Part shown: positions 28,782 to 37,733 of the stretch, one piece after another
Layout: each line of letters begins with the position of its first letter
How positions within the stretch are numbered: position 1 is the first letter of the stretch
Assembly (NCBI GenBank): GCA_963665755.1
Contig: OY762445.1
Location: 3,686,590-3,750,589 of the forward strand
Length of the DNA: 64,000 bases
Source of the DNA: a bacterium
Lineage (GTDB): Bacteria > JAAXHH01
Direction of reading: 5' to 3'
Program-made: the position numbers and the translations under genes
Notes under the pieces: model-generated
Seen by the model: only the letters and a program-made list of their open reading frames with translations
What the model was told of the DNA's origin: nothing
Databases searched by the model: none

Positions 28782-31322
28782 GTGGAACTGAAGGAATACC
28801 AGGCCAATACGATTGAGGTGTTTGCTACCTGGCTGGACGCCGTCACTACGGCTCGACTACAGTCCCAGACTGCCATAGACGCTTTGAAGCAAGCGGGGAC
28901 CGCCATCACGATTCCCGGTGATCTTAATGACTATCCAAAGACGGCATGGCGCCAGTTAAAGAACTCCGGCCTTGTTGCGAATACCGCCGGCGAATACGTC
29001 AGTCGAACCGATGATGCGGACCGACCCATTCCCCACGTCTGCTTCAAAGTACCTACGGGAGGAGGTAAGACGCTACTTGCCGCCGCCGCGTTGCAGCGAC
29101 TCCGCCGGCAAACGGGACTGACACTGTGGGTCATGCCAACGCGTGCTATTTACGAACAAACCAAAGCGGCGTTGAAGATCCGGGAGCACCCATACCGGCA
29201 AATGTTGGAAATCGCCAGCGCAGGGCGGGTCAAGCTTCTGGAAAAGGATGACCTGTTTACCAGGTCGGATATAGACAATTACCTTTGCATCATGCTCCTC
29301 ATGCTACCTGCCGCCAACCGGCAGCGAGGTCGCGACTTCTTGCGGATGTTCCGTGATTCCGGGCGGTATCCCACGCTTTTTCCGGATAGCGACGATTTGT
29401 TTGGCGATGCCAGACTACTAAACGACTACCCTGACCTGGAGCGGGTTTCAAAACATGGTCCTGTGAAACACAGTCTTTTCAATGTGTTTAAAATGTTACG
29501 TCCGGTTGTGATACTGGACGAAGCACACAAGGCTTATGGCGCACGCAATTTAGAAGCCAATGAGGAGTTCGCGCGGTCAGTCAGCCGTCTCGACCCCAGC
29601 CTGGTGATCGAACTCTCCGCAACGCCGAACCGTGGGATAAGCAACCTACTGGTAGACATTACCGGTGTCGAACTTAAAAACGAGGAGATGATTAAGCTTC
29701 CGGTGCAAGTGACTTCGTTCACCAATGCCGATTGGCACTATACCCTGGCTCAGGCACACGACGAACTGGAGCGCCTTGACTCGGAAGCGAGATCATTGCA
29801 GATGAGCGACGGCAGTTACATCCGGCCGATTGCGGTGGTTCGCGTAGAGCGCACGGGAAGAGACCAACGGGACGGCGAGCGCGTGCACGCGGAGGACGTG
29901 AGAGAATACCTGATACAGAATCTTGGGGTTCATGAAGATGCCATTGCCGTCAAGTCGTCCGAATTGGATGAACTGGCGGATGCAGACTTACTTTCGGGAT
30001 ACTCCCCAATACGCTGGGTGATAACCAGGGCAGCTTTGATGGAGGGTTGGGACTGCCCATTCGCCTATCTGCTTGTCATGCTCGACAACACGAGTGCCCA
30101 GCGCGCCATCACGCAACTGGTCGGCCGGGTGATGCGACAACCTTACGCGCGTCGAACCGGTCGTGAGTCGTTGGATCAGTGCTATGTCTATTGTTGGAAT
30201 ACAAGAGTGGGCGAAGCGGTCGCACAGGTAAAGCGGGGATTGGAAGCGGAAGGGTTGACTGGCCTGGCGGACGCGGTGACCAGCAACTCGACAGACTTTC
30301 GACGGATCACCATACAAAGACGAGAAGGCCTGGAAGATAAAACCATATTCCTTCCATTGGTTTTGCATCAGGACGGTGATGGGTGGTGCGAGTTGGATTA
30401 CCAAACCCATATCCTTCCCAAAATCAATTGGAATGCGATTGAGGCGCCAGATCCGCAGAGGAGTCTTCCCGATCGCGCCGTCCGGCAATCCGCAAGCGTC
30501 GATGTTGGCGAAGTCCCTCCCGTTTTCTATTCCGAAACCGAGTTGAATATTGACAAGGCAGTTCAGGTAAATTGGATCGCCCGGCGACTGACGGACGTAC
30601 TCCCGAATCCGTGGCAGGCGGCTCGGGTGGCGCAGCAGTTTGTACAAAAGCTCTTGGCTGCAGGCGACTCTGAAAATGAGATTTACGATCGGCGTTCATA
30701 CTTGGCATTCGCTTTGCGGGACCACGCTTTGATACAGTTGCAACAGCAAGCTGAGAAGGTTTTTCGGTGTAAGCTGCGTAATGGTCAGATTCGATTCGAC
30801 TTGGAAGCAGGCCAACCGAATTTCCGAATGGTAGAGCGTTACGAGATACCTATTTCAAGCGATATGTCGCTACTGACCGGAAACGATGGGCGACAGGTAC
30901 AACTCAGCCTGTTCGAACCCATATATTCGCAACAGTTCGATTCGGCGTTGGAAGTGAGTTTCGCACGATACCTCGATGAACAAAAGGCATTGAAATGGTG
31001 GCACCGGGTGGCGGTCCGGCAACGTGGCGATTACTATCTCCGGGGCTGGAAACAGGAGCGCATCTGGCCGGATTTCGTTGCCATGGGTGGCGAGACGAAC
31101 GGGAAGCCCCATGTCCTGGTTTTCGAGACCAAGGGAGAGCACCTTCGTGGTAGTCCGGATACCGATTACAAGCAGCAAGTGCTTGAATCGTTGCAAAATG
31201 CCTTCAATTGCGGAACGATGACCGTCCATGACGGTCCGGCTACGGGTACGTTTCGTCTTGTGTTCAATGAAGCCGAGTTTCCAACGACCTTGACCAAGCT
31301 TGAACAGGCTTACCAAGCATGA
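28782..31322 (+). CDS. res: Type III restriction enzyme Res subunit (SF2 helicase plus endonuclease)
   Basis: Walker A VPTGGGKT, DEAH box ILDEAHK, and a C-terminal PD-(D/E)xK-like region. Immediately downstream of mod. Confidence 0.88.
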   Translation: MELKEYQANTIEVFATWLDAVTTARLQSQTAIDALKQAGTAITIPGDLNDYPKTAWRQLKNSGLVANTAGEYVSRTDDADRPIPHVCFKVPTGGGKTLLAAAALQRLRRQTGLTLWVMPTRAIYEQTKAALKIREHPYRQMLEIASAGRVKLLEKDDLFTRSDIDNYLCIMLLMLPAANRQRGRDFLRMFRDSGRYPTLFPDSDDLFGDARLLNDYPDLERVSKHGPVKHSLFNVFKMLRPVVILDEAHKAYGARNLEANEEFARSVSRLDPSLVIELSATPNRGISNLLVDITGVELKNEEMIKLPVQVTSFTNADWHYTLAQAHDELERLDSEARSLQMSDGSYIRPIAVVRVERTGRDQRDGERVHAEDVREYLIQNLGVHEDAIAVKSSELDELADADLLSGYSPIRWVITRAALMEGWDCPFAYLLVMLDNTSAQRAITQLVGRVMRQPYARRTGRESLDQCYVYCWNTRVGEAVAQVKRGLEAEGLTGLADAVTSNSTDFRRITIQRREGLEDKTIFLPLVLHQDGDGWCELDYQTHILPKINWNAIEAPDPQRSLPDRAVRQSASVDVGEVPPVFYSETELNIDKAVQVNWIARRLTDVLPNPWQAARVAQQFVQKLLAAGDSENEIYDRRSYLAFALRDHALIQLQQQAEKVFRCKLRNGQIRFDLEAGQPNFRMVERYEIPISSDMSLLTGNDGRQVQLSLFEPIYSQQFDSALEVSFARYLDEQKALKWWHRVAVRQRGDYYLRGWKQERIWPDFVAMGGETNGKPHVLVFETKGEHLRGSPDTDYKQQVLESLQNAFNCGTMTVHDGPATGTFRLVFNEAEFPTTLTKLEQAYQA

Positions 31323-31556
31323 TTTGGAGAGTAGTAGCACATTACGATAAGCCCCCATTAAGGCTGAGATACTGAAGTTCAAGTACTATCCATCGTTTTC
31401 CCAACGTTCAGCGGTACCTAGACAATCATGAATCGCATTGAGCGTATCTTACGATATCGCCTCTTGTGGAATCGAGCCTCATACTGTGCGCCTTGGCGCG
31501 GCTGTTGTCGTCCTATAATATTGAAGCCCTTACGTCTCTATTGAGGAGGAAACAAA

Positions 31557-32543
31557 ATGAAGGTCGCTAGTTTCATATTCGTTCTCGCCTTCTGTATCTC
31601 GTTCGTTCTCCAGGCCGCCGCGCAGACGCGCGAGCAGGGACCTTGGTGGCCCCATCCCATCTGGGGCAAGGACGACCAGTCGGGCGGCTCCAACTGGATC
31701 ACGCCCGAAAAGGTGCTGAAGGCCCTGACCCTGGTCAAGACGGGGCAGATCTACGAAATCGGCCAGGTGTACAGCGCGGACATGCCTCTCTTCGGCGAGC
31801 GGACCTATTCCATGGTACTGCCGGGATCACCCACGGGCGAACCCATGGGCGACAACAACCTGGTCTATTACGACGAGTTCCTGGTGGCCGAGATAGGCCA
31901 GGTCGGCACGCAGTTCGATGGACCGGGCCACATCGGCGAGCGGATCACGATGGCGGACGGCACGGAAAAGGACGTATTCTACAACGGATTCACCAATGAG
32001 GAGATCAAGGGACCCTACGGACTCGTAAAGCTGGGCATCGAGCACATCGGACCCTTCATCACCCGGGGCATCCTGGTCGATGTGGCCGCGTTCAAGGGCG
32101 TGGAATCCCTCGACCACGGCTACGAGGTCACGGTGGTGGACGTCGAAGGCGCGCTACAGCGCCAGGGCATTGCGATGGAAAGTCTGGAGCCGGGAGACGC
32201 CTATTTCTTCCGTTACGGCTGGGCGCGGCACTGGAACGACCACGACAAGTACAACACCGATCCCCCGGGCATCGGAATGGAAGTCGCCCGGTGGGTGGTC
32301 GAGAAGCAGGCTTCGATGATCGGTTCGGATCAGTGGACGACCGAGGTGGTGCCCAATCCGGATGCCGGCCAGGCCTTTCCGGTCCACCAGGAACTCATCA
32401 CCCGGAACGGCGTATGGAATCTTGAGAACATGAACCTGGACGAACTTTCGGGCGACGGCGTCTACGAGTTCCTCTTCATTCACACGCCCATTCGATTCAA
32501 GGGTGCGACGGGTTCGCCCGCCCGCCCGATCGCCATCAGGTAA
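31557..32543 (+). CDS. Secreted cyclase-family protein (kynurenine formamidase-like, putative cyclase fold)
   Basis: Signal peptide. HxGTHxDxPxH-type motif region (GTQFDGPGHIGE). Confidence 0.7.
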   Translation: MKVASFIFVLAFCISFVLQAAAQTREQGPWWPHPIWGKDDQSGGSNWITPEKVLKALTLVKTGQIYEIGQVYSADMPLFGERTYSMVLPGSPTGEPMGDNNLVYYDEFLVAEIGQVGTQFDGPGHIGERITMADGTEKDVFYNGFTNEEIKGPYGLVKLGIEHIGPFITRGILVDVAAFKGVESLDHGYEVTVVDVEGALQRQGIAMESLEPGDAYFFRYGWARHWNDHDKYNTDPPGIGMEVARWVVEKQASMIGSDQWTTEVVPNPDAGQAFPVHQELITRNGVWNLENMNLDELSGDGVYEFLFIHTPIRFKGATGSPARPIAIR

Positions 32544-32777
32544 TTCGAGACGACTCCCAAATCCCGGCGTGCTTACTTGTAACGTAGGCTTGGAACGCCG
32601 AGTACACGGACGAGTTCGGGAAATGGTGAGCCGGTTTTGCCATCCGAAAACAGAATTATATTGGCAACGGCTGTCGAATTGCTGATGACGTACAGACCAT
32701 GACTCACGGACCGGGCAGAGGTGGAAGGTTGTCCAACCTTACAAATGGTTGACCTGTTTCGGCGGCCCACCTAGCCT

Positions 32778-33610
32778 TCATGGCGAGTACATTCGCGAAG
32801 TCGAGCCGACGTAACAGTATTTCATGGAAATCCCGTCCATACAGATGACGCTCTTGCCCCTCCCGAAGGCGGTGAGCCCGTCAGGGGAGAACCCGGTGTA
32901 GCTCAACAGTAGACCGCGAGACCAACTCGCCTTGTCCTGTACCTTGGCGTTAAAGGAACGAAGCGTCGTAGCATCGACCAAGTCGTTAGTCCATCCAGCT
33001 TCGAGCAGATAGATATCGCCCCCCGACACGAAACTGCCGTCAATCTGCTCGCCCACCAGGCGAAAGGAAGGTCGTGCAGACAGCCCGTAGGCATCAAACA
33101 TATCCTTCAGGAACTTTTCGAATGCATAGCCGCGAGGTTGCGGCTCCAGTTTGGACAATTGCAACAAGCGATGCGCAAGATCCGAAGCGACTGTTGCATC
33201 CATTTGTGGTATTTCTGACTGTGCCGAATCGCTATAGGACCTCTGACGTGTTTGGCGACGTGCCCCCCCAGTCGTTCAATGATTCTAAAGAAGGCAACTC
33301 GTACCTTATCATCCAGTTCCGGATAGTCGTGAGTCACGCTGCTGACTTCACGGTATTCCCAAAGTGCGTTCAGCGTATCAAGAACCGTTTTTCGGTTCGC
33401 GTGTCGTAAGAAATAGCGCAGGCGCTTCGCCTTGCTCTCGCCGTCAACTGCCCAACGGGGATGGTAGACATCGACTCGTAGTTCTTCTTGGAAGAACTCG
33501 GCGAAGGTCCGATTCGAGAAATCTAGTACGTAGCCGTCTTCCATACCGAAAACCTTGTCGAGGATCGGGATGTCCACCGTTCGGATCTTCGGATTCGATG
33601 TTCCGTTCAT
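32778..33610 (-). pseudogene. Restriction-endonuclease-like (Mrr-cat/PD-(D/E)xK) domain protein with an apparent frameshift
   Basis: Two overlapping minus-strand ORFs, 33107-33610 and 32778-33203, lie in different frames. The downstream ORF carries an Mrr_cat-like core (GYAFEKFLKDMF...IDGSFVSGGDIYLLEAGW). Confidence 0.5.
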
Positions 33611-33612
33611 AA

Positions 33613-34479
33613 CTACCTCAAGCTAAGTCTTTTTAGCCAAGCGTCAACCTGCCCGAAGGCGTCCTGCTGCCACTGATCCGCTGTGCGATCGTCAAGTAGG
33701 TGGGAACCTTCCACGAACCTCCTGACGCTCGTCGGTCCGAAGTCTTCGATGTCCCGGAACTTCCCGGAGATCAATTGGTAGCCTTTTCGGGCTGATGCTA
33801 CGTCGAGGAGTGGCCGGGTTGCTTCGACGAGCGCGTCGATCCCATTGGGGTAATTTCGGATTGAATAGTAGATGTCGTAGGCGTCTTTGGGTTTATGACG
33901 CTGGTCTATGGCATAGCCTTTCATGGCCAGGAGGGCCGGAATCGACGCAACGGCAATACGAACGAGATTCCTTCCCCCACCGGGCATGTCTCCGTCGATG
34001 GCGACCGTCTGATTGTACATGAGCGCGAGCTCAGCCCCGTCGGCACGCTGGACGGCAAATTCGCTGAGAAGCGGTGGCCTGTTCTTTGCGGTCTGCGCGT
34101 CGCGTGGCATCAGGAAGTCTACTACGACATCTATGTCGGGTCCGCCATCCCTGGCAGGTACAGTACGCACGAGTTGAAAGCGCGACATATTCTCCTGTTG
34201 ATGGTAACCATGTACTTGGAGGGCTTCGACAAGTCGGACATATTCGCCATCGCCCAAAGCGGACGGATCGAGATCAAGATCCACGTCTCCTGTGCCGATA
34301 TGGGGCATGTCGGATTCGCTCAGCAACAGCCAGGGAACGGCGCCGCCGATTATCGCAAACTTGCCTTCGAAGCTGGCGAGGACCTGGCCGATCTCGATTA
34401 TCACCGATCTGACTGCTTGTGTCGTCCGGTCATCGTAGTCGACGGCGGATTGAGGTTCTCTCATAACCATGGAAAGCAC
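33613..34479 (-). CDS. Nucleotidyltransferase, AbiEii/AbiGii toxin-family-like
   Basis: IIGGAVPWLL ... GTGDVDLDLD matches the GGxA...DxDxD signature of a nucleotidyltransferase fold. Its 19-nt overlap with the upstream gene indicates operon coupling. Confidence 0.55.
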   Translation of the reverse strand: MLSMVMREPQSAVDYDDRTTQAVRSVIIEIGQVLASFEGKFAIIGGAVPWLLLSESDMPHIGTGDVDLDLDPSALGDGEYVRLVEALQVHGYHQQENMSRFQLVRTVPARDGGPDIDVVVDFLMPRDAQTAKNRPPLLSEFAVQRADGAELALMYNQTVAIDGDMPGGGRNLVRIAVASIPALLAMKGYAIDQRHKPKDAYDIYYSIRNYPNGIDALVEATRPLLDVASARKGYQLISGKFRDIEDFGPTSVRRFVEGSHLLDDRTADQWQQDAFGQVDAWLKRLSLR

Positions 34480-35612
34480 TTCGAGGCCAGATGGTTGGCG
34501 GCCTCACGGTCCCGATCGTTGCCTTTCCAAAGATCGAGGTATGTGATAATCGGGCTGGTGCAGAAAACGCCCGGCACCGGCTGAACGGCATCTTCGAATA
34601 GACTCTCATCTTTTGGGATGTACAGGATGACATTTGCTCCCTTTGCAGCATGAGTCAGTTCCAATGTCTCCTCCAGCATATGAGCGCCAGGTTCGTCGGT
34701 GTACAAGCTGTGTGTGCCACCCCGGGAGAAGGGAGCAAACCATTGAGCGGCCGAATTTGACGCGAGAATTGCACGCGGATGCTGTGGTTCCGGATTCAGC
34801 TTACCCGACAACTGTTTGATGAGTTGTTCACCGTGAAAAAGCGTGTATCTGCTGATGCGGTGATCGGTCAGCTGCCGGTAGTTCTCTCGCCATGTCCTTA
34901 ATAGCGCATCCGGCTGGACAAGGTTGATGCCGTTGTCCCGTTTTTTAATCCATTCCCGTTCGAGCAGGGCTTTGCGAACGTTGCTCGCATGGCCGAGGCT
35001 CACATTGGCCGCTACCGCCAGGTCGGTCACGCGCCACACCCGATTGGGATCGCGAAGGAGAGCACGCAGGATTGCTGCAGCCTTCGGAGTGAAGATCGAC
35101 CGCAGTGCGCGGGTTTCGGATTTGGGCCTGTCTGCGACCTCTCGATCGATATAGACATTGCTGAAGGCAAGGTGAGCGTTCCCGAACAGATCCAGGTAAG
35201 CGATATCATGATCTGAACAGATCGACCGAGACTCGGGAGACAGATAGGAACTCACAAGCATGGGGATCATACGTCGATCGGGATCCCCTTGACTGTACTG
35301 ATGAGCATGCGCCAAGTAGCCCTTGAGTTGATAGACTGCAGACCGAACAAAAAGGGGAGCACCGTTCGACTTTACTTCGATGATAAGTGCATAGGTGTCA
35401 TCGCCGTGCTCGAACTCGATCCATCCGTCGATGATGTGGTCGCTTCCGAGTCGCCGATCATTGCGAACCGAACTGACCACCAAGCTTGGCACTTGGTCTA
35501 GCAGGGTGCGGACCGCGTTCACGGCCTCGGTTTCCAGATTGTTTACTGATAAAGGACTTTTCATCATATGTTGAAAATAACTATTATAGCGAAATAAGTC
35601 AAGCAATTTCAC
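34461..35612 (-). CDS. AbiEi-like partner protein: N-terminal PD-(D/E)xK-like nuclease domain plus central winged HTH
   Basis: IIDGWIEFEHGDDTYALIIEVKSNG looks like a nuclease core. VWRVTDLAVAANVSLGHASNVRKALLEREWI is a winged HTH. It lies upstream of the nucleotidyltransferase gene and overlaps it. Confidence 0.45.
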   Translation of the reverse strand: MKLLDLFRYNSYFQHMMKSPLSVNNLETEAVNAVRTLLDQVPSLVVSSVRNDRRLGSDHIIDGWIEFEHGDDTYALIIEVKSNGAPLFVRSAVYQLKGYLAHAHQYSQGDPDRRMIPMLVSSYLSPESRSICSDHDIAYLDLFGNAHLAFSNVYIDREVADRPKSETRALRSIFTPKAAAILRALLRDPNRVWRVTDLAVAANVSLGHASNVRKALLEREWIKKRDNGINLVQPDALLRTWRENYRQLTDHRISRYTLFHGEQLIKQLSGKLNPEPQHPRAILASNSAAQWFAPFSRGGTHSLYTDEPGAHMLEETLELTHAAKGANVILYIPKDESLFEDAVQPVPGVFCTSPIITYLDLWKGNDRDREAANHLASKCFPWL

Positions 35613-36186
35613 TTATACGATGTTTTCATCGGAAACTGATGACGCCTTTAATAGTGAAAAATGCCGATAGGCTATCCCAAACCGCCGTCTTTCATGACAT
35701 GATGACCCCGGTCTTGTATAGGATGATTACGATTTGGCCAGTACTTGATCGTTCAAGTCTCTACGGCTACCATACAAAAACTCGATTCAGCTTCAGCCAG
35801 CGGGTCGCCGCCCGAACGCGCTTGCTTTCGATTTACCAGTGTCCGCTTTCGGGCCTTGTCCAACGAGACCAAGGCAACGTTACCGAGTTCGATCTAACGC
35901 TTGGTGCCTCCAAAGGCACGCTGTTAAATCCAGCTTGGGATTCCGGTAGGTTGGACAACAGGTACGAGCCGTTGCTGGCGGCATACCCTCTGGGCGGGAC
36001 CGAGCGGGCCTAGTCGAGATGGTGGCCTTTGGGCTTGGTTTTCCGGGAGATGAGAGGTAGATTCTTGCCACAAACCTTTACAAGTTTTATAGGGTATGGT
36101 AGTGAATTACAGGGTATGTTGTAATCTGCTTAAGGTATTTGGAAATACCAATTCAGTTATGATTCTTGTACTTACAGGAGGTTGTG

Positions 36187-36975
36187 ATGAGTGAAAATCC
36201 AGTAGGATTTAAAGGAAAAGTGGTCATCGTAACCGGGGGCGCGAAAGGCATCGGCGGGGGGATCGTCCGCGCCTTCGCCGGTGAGGGCGCCCGCGTGCTC
36301 TGCGCCGACATCGACGACGATGCGGGTGCGGAGATCGCCTCGTCCAGCGACCGGATCCGCTACGTCCACGCCGACGTGACCACGAGCGAGGTGTGCCGTT
36401 CTCTCGTGGAGACCGCGACGGAATCCTGGGGCGGGGTGGACGTCCTCTGTAACAACGTGGGAATACAGCCGACTACGAGTTATGTGCCCGCCCACGAGAT
36501 GTCCGAGGAGCAATGGGACCGGATCATCGACGTGAACCTCAAGAGCCGTTTCCTTATGGTCAAGTACTGCGTTCCCGTGATGAAGCGTCGCGGAGGAGGG
36601 GTGATCATCAACACGGCCAGCGTGCAAGGACTCCAGTCGGCTAAAGGGATCTCTGCCTACGCGGCGAGCAAGGGTGGCGACCTGTCGCTGGTGCGTCAAC
36701 TGGCGCTGGATTACGCCGAAGACAATATCCGTGTGGTGGCGGTCAACCCCGGCACCATCGAAACGCCGCTTCTGCAGGAGGCCATCGATTCGATCGGTGG
36801 CGACGAGGATGAAATACGGACGGACATGGCCTCCCGGCACGCCCTGAACCGCCTCGGTAGTCCGGAGGATATCGCCAACGCGGTGCTCTTTCTCGCGAGC
36901 GACCGGGCTTCCTTCATCACGGGTGAATTCGTGAACGTGGACGGGGGATTGATGGCTCGGGGGGCGTGGGCCTAG
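36187..36975 (+). CDS. SDR-family oxidoreductase
   Basis: TGGAKGIG Rossmann motif and a YxxxK catalytic dyad. RBS AGGAGG precedes the start. Confidence 0.85.
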   Translation: MSENPVGFKGKVVIVTGGAKGIGGGIVRAFAGEGARVLCADIDDDAGAEIASSSDRIRYVHADVTTSEVCRSLVETATESWGGVDVLCNNVGIQPTTSYVPAHEMSEEQWDRIIDVNLKSRFLMVKYCVPVMKRRGGGVIINTASVQGLQSAKGISAYAASKGGDLSLVRQLALDYAEDNIRVVAVNPGTIETPLLQEAIDSIGGDEDEIRTDMASRHALNRLGSPEDIANAVLFLASDRASFITGEFVNVDGGLMARGAWA

Positions 36976-37733
36976 GCTGGCTCGTCGCTGTCCTTCGACT
37001 TGAAGATGCGCAGGAGCCGGTTGAGGGGGTCGTAGAACTCGCCAACGACCCTTTCCTTCAGGGGAATGATGGCGTTGTCCGTGATCGTGATCTCTTCGGG
37101 ACAGACGTTGGTGCAGCACTTGGTGATGTTGCAGTAGCCGATGCCCTGGTCGTCCTTGAGGTCGCCGAGTCGGTTCCCGGTGTCGAGGGGATGCATCTCC
37201 AGAGCGGCGTTGTGAACCATTAAGCGCGGACCGATGAACTCCTCGTGCAGGTCATGCTCCCGCAGGACGTGGCAGACGTCCTGGCAGAGAAAGCACTCGA
37301 TGCACTTGCGGAACTCCTGCACGCGCTCGATATCTTCCTGAGCCATGCGCCAGGTGCCGTCCTCTGCATCGGGCTTGCGGGGCTTGAAGGGCTTGATCTT
37401 TTCCTTCGCGCGGTAATTCCAGGACACGTCGGTGACCAGGTCCCGTATCGTCTTGAAGGCCTTCATCGGCTCGATCGTGATGGCCTCGTCCTCGGGCAGG
37501 TCGCTCATCCGCGTCATGCACATCAGCTTCGGGTTGCCGTTGACCTCGGCGGAACAGGAGCCGCACTTGCCGGCCTTGCAATTCCAGCGGACCGCGAGGT
37601 CCGGGGCCGATTCCGCCTGGATCTGGTGCACCGCGTCCAGCACTACCATGCCTTCGTCGATCTCGGTGGAGTAGTTTTCGAAATCGCCGGTCTCGCCATC
37701 GCCCCGCCAGATTCGGAAGTTGGCCGTCGCCAT
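36972..37733 (-). CDS. sdhB: Succinate dehydrogenase/fumarate reductase iron-sulfur subunit
   Basis: Cysteine motifs for a 2Fe-2S cluster (CKAGKCGSC), a 4Fe-4S cluster (CIECFLCQDVC) and a 3Fe-4S cluster (CCTNVCP). Confidence 0.92.
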   Translation of the reverse strand: MATANFRIWRGDGETGDFENYSTEIDEGMVVLDAVHQIQAESAPDLAVRWNCKAGKCGSCSAEVNGNPKLMCMTRMSDLPEDEAITIEPMKAFKTIRDLVTDVSWNYRAKEKIKPFKPRKPDAEDGTWRMAQEDIERVQEFRKCIECFLCQDVCHVLREHDLHEEFIGPRLMVHNAALEMHPLDTGNRLGDLKDDQGIGYCNITKCCTNVCPEEITITDNAIIPLKERVVGEFYDPLNRLLRIFKSKDSDEPA

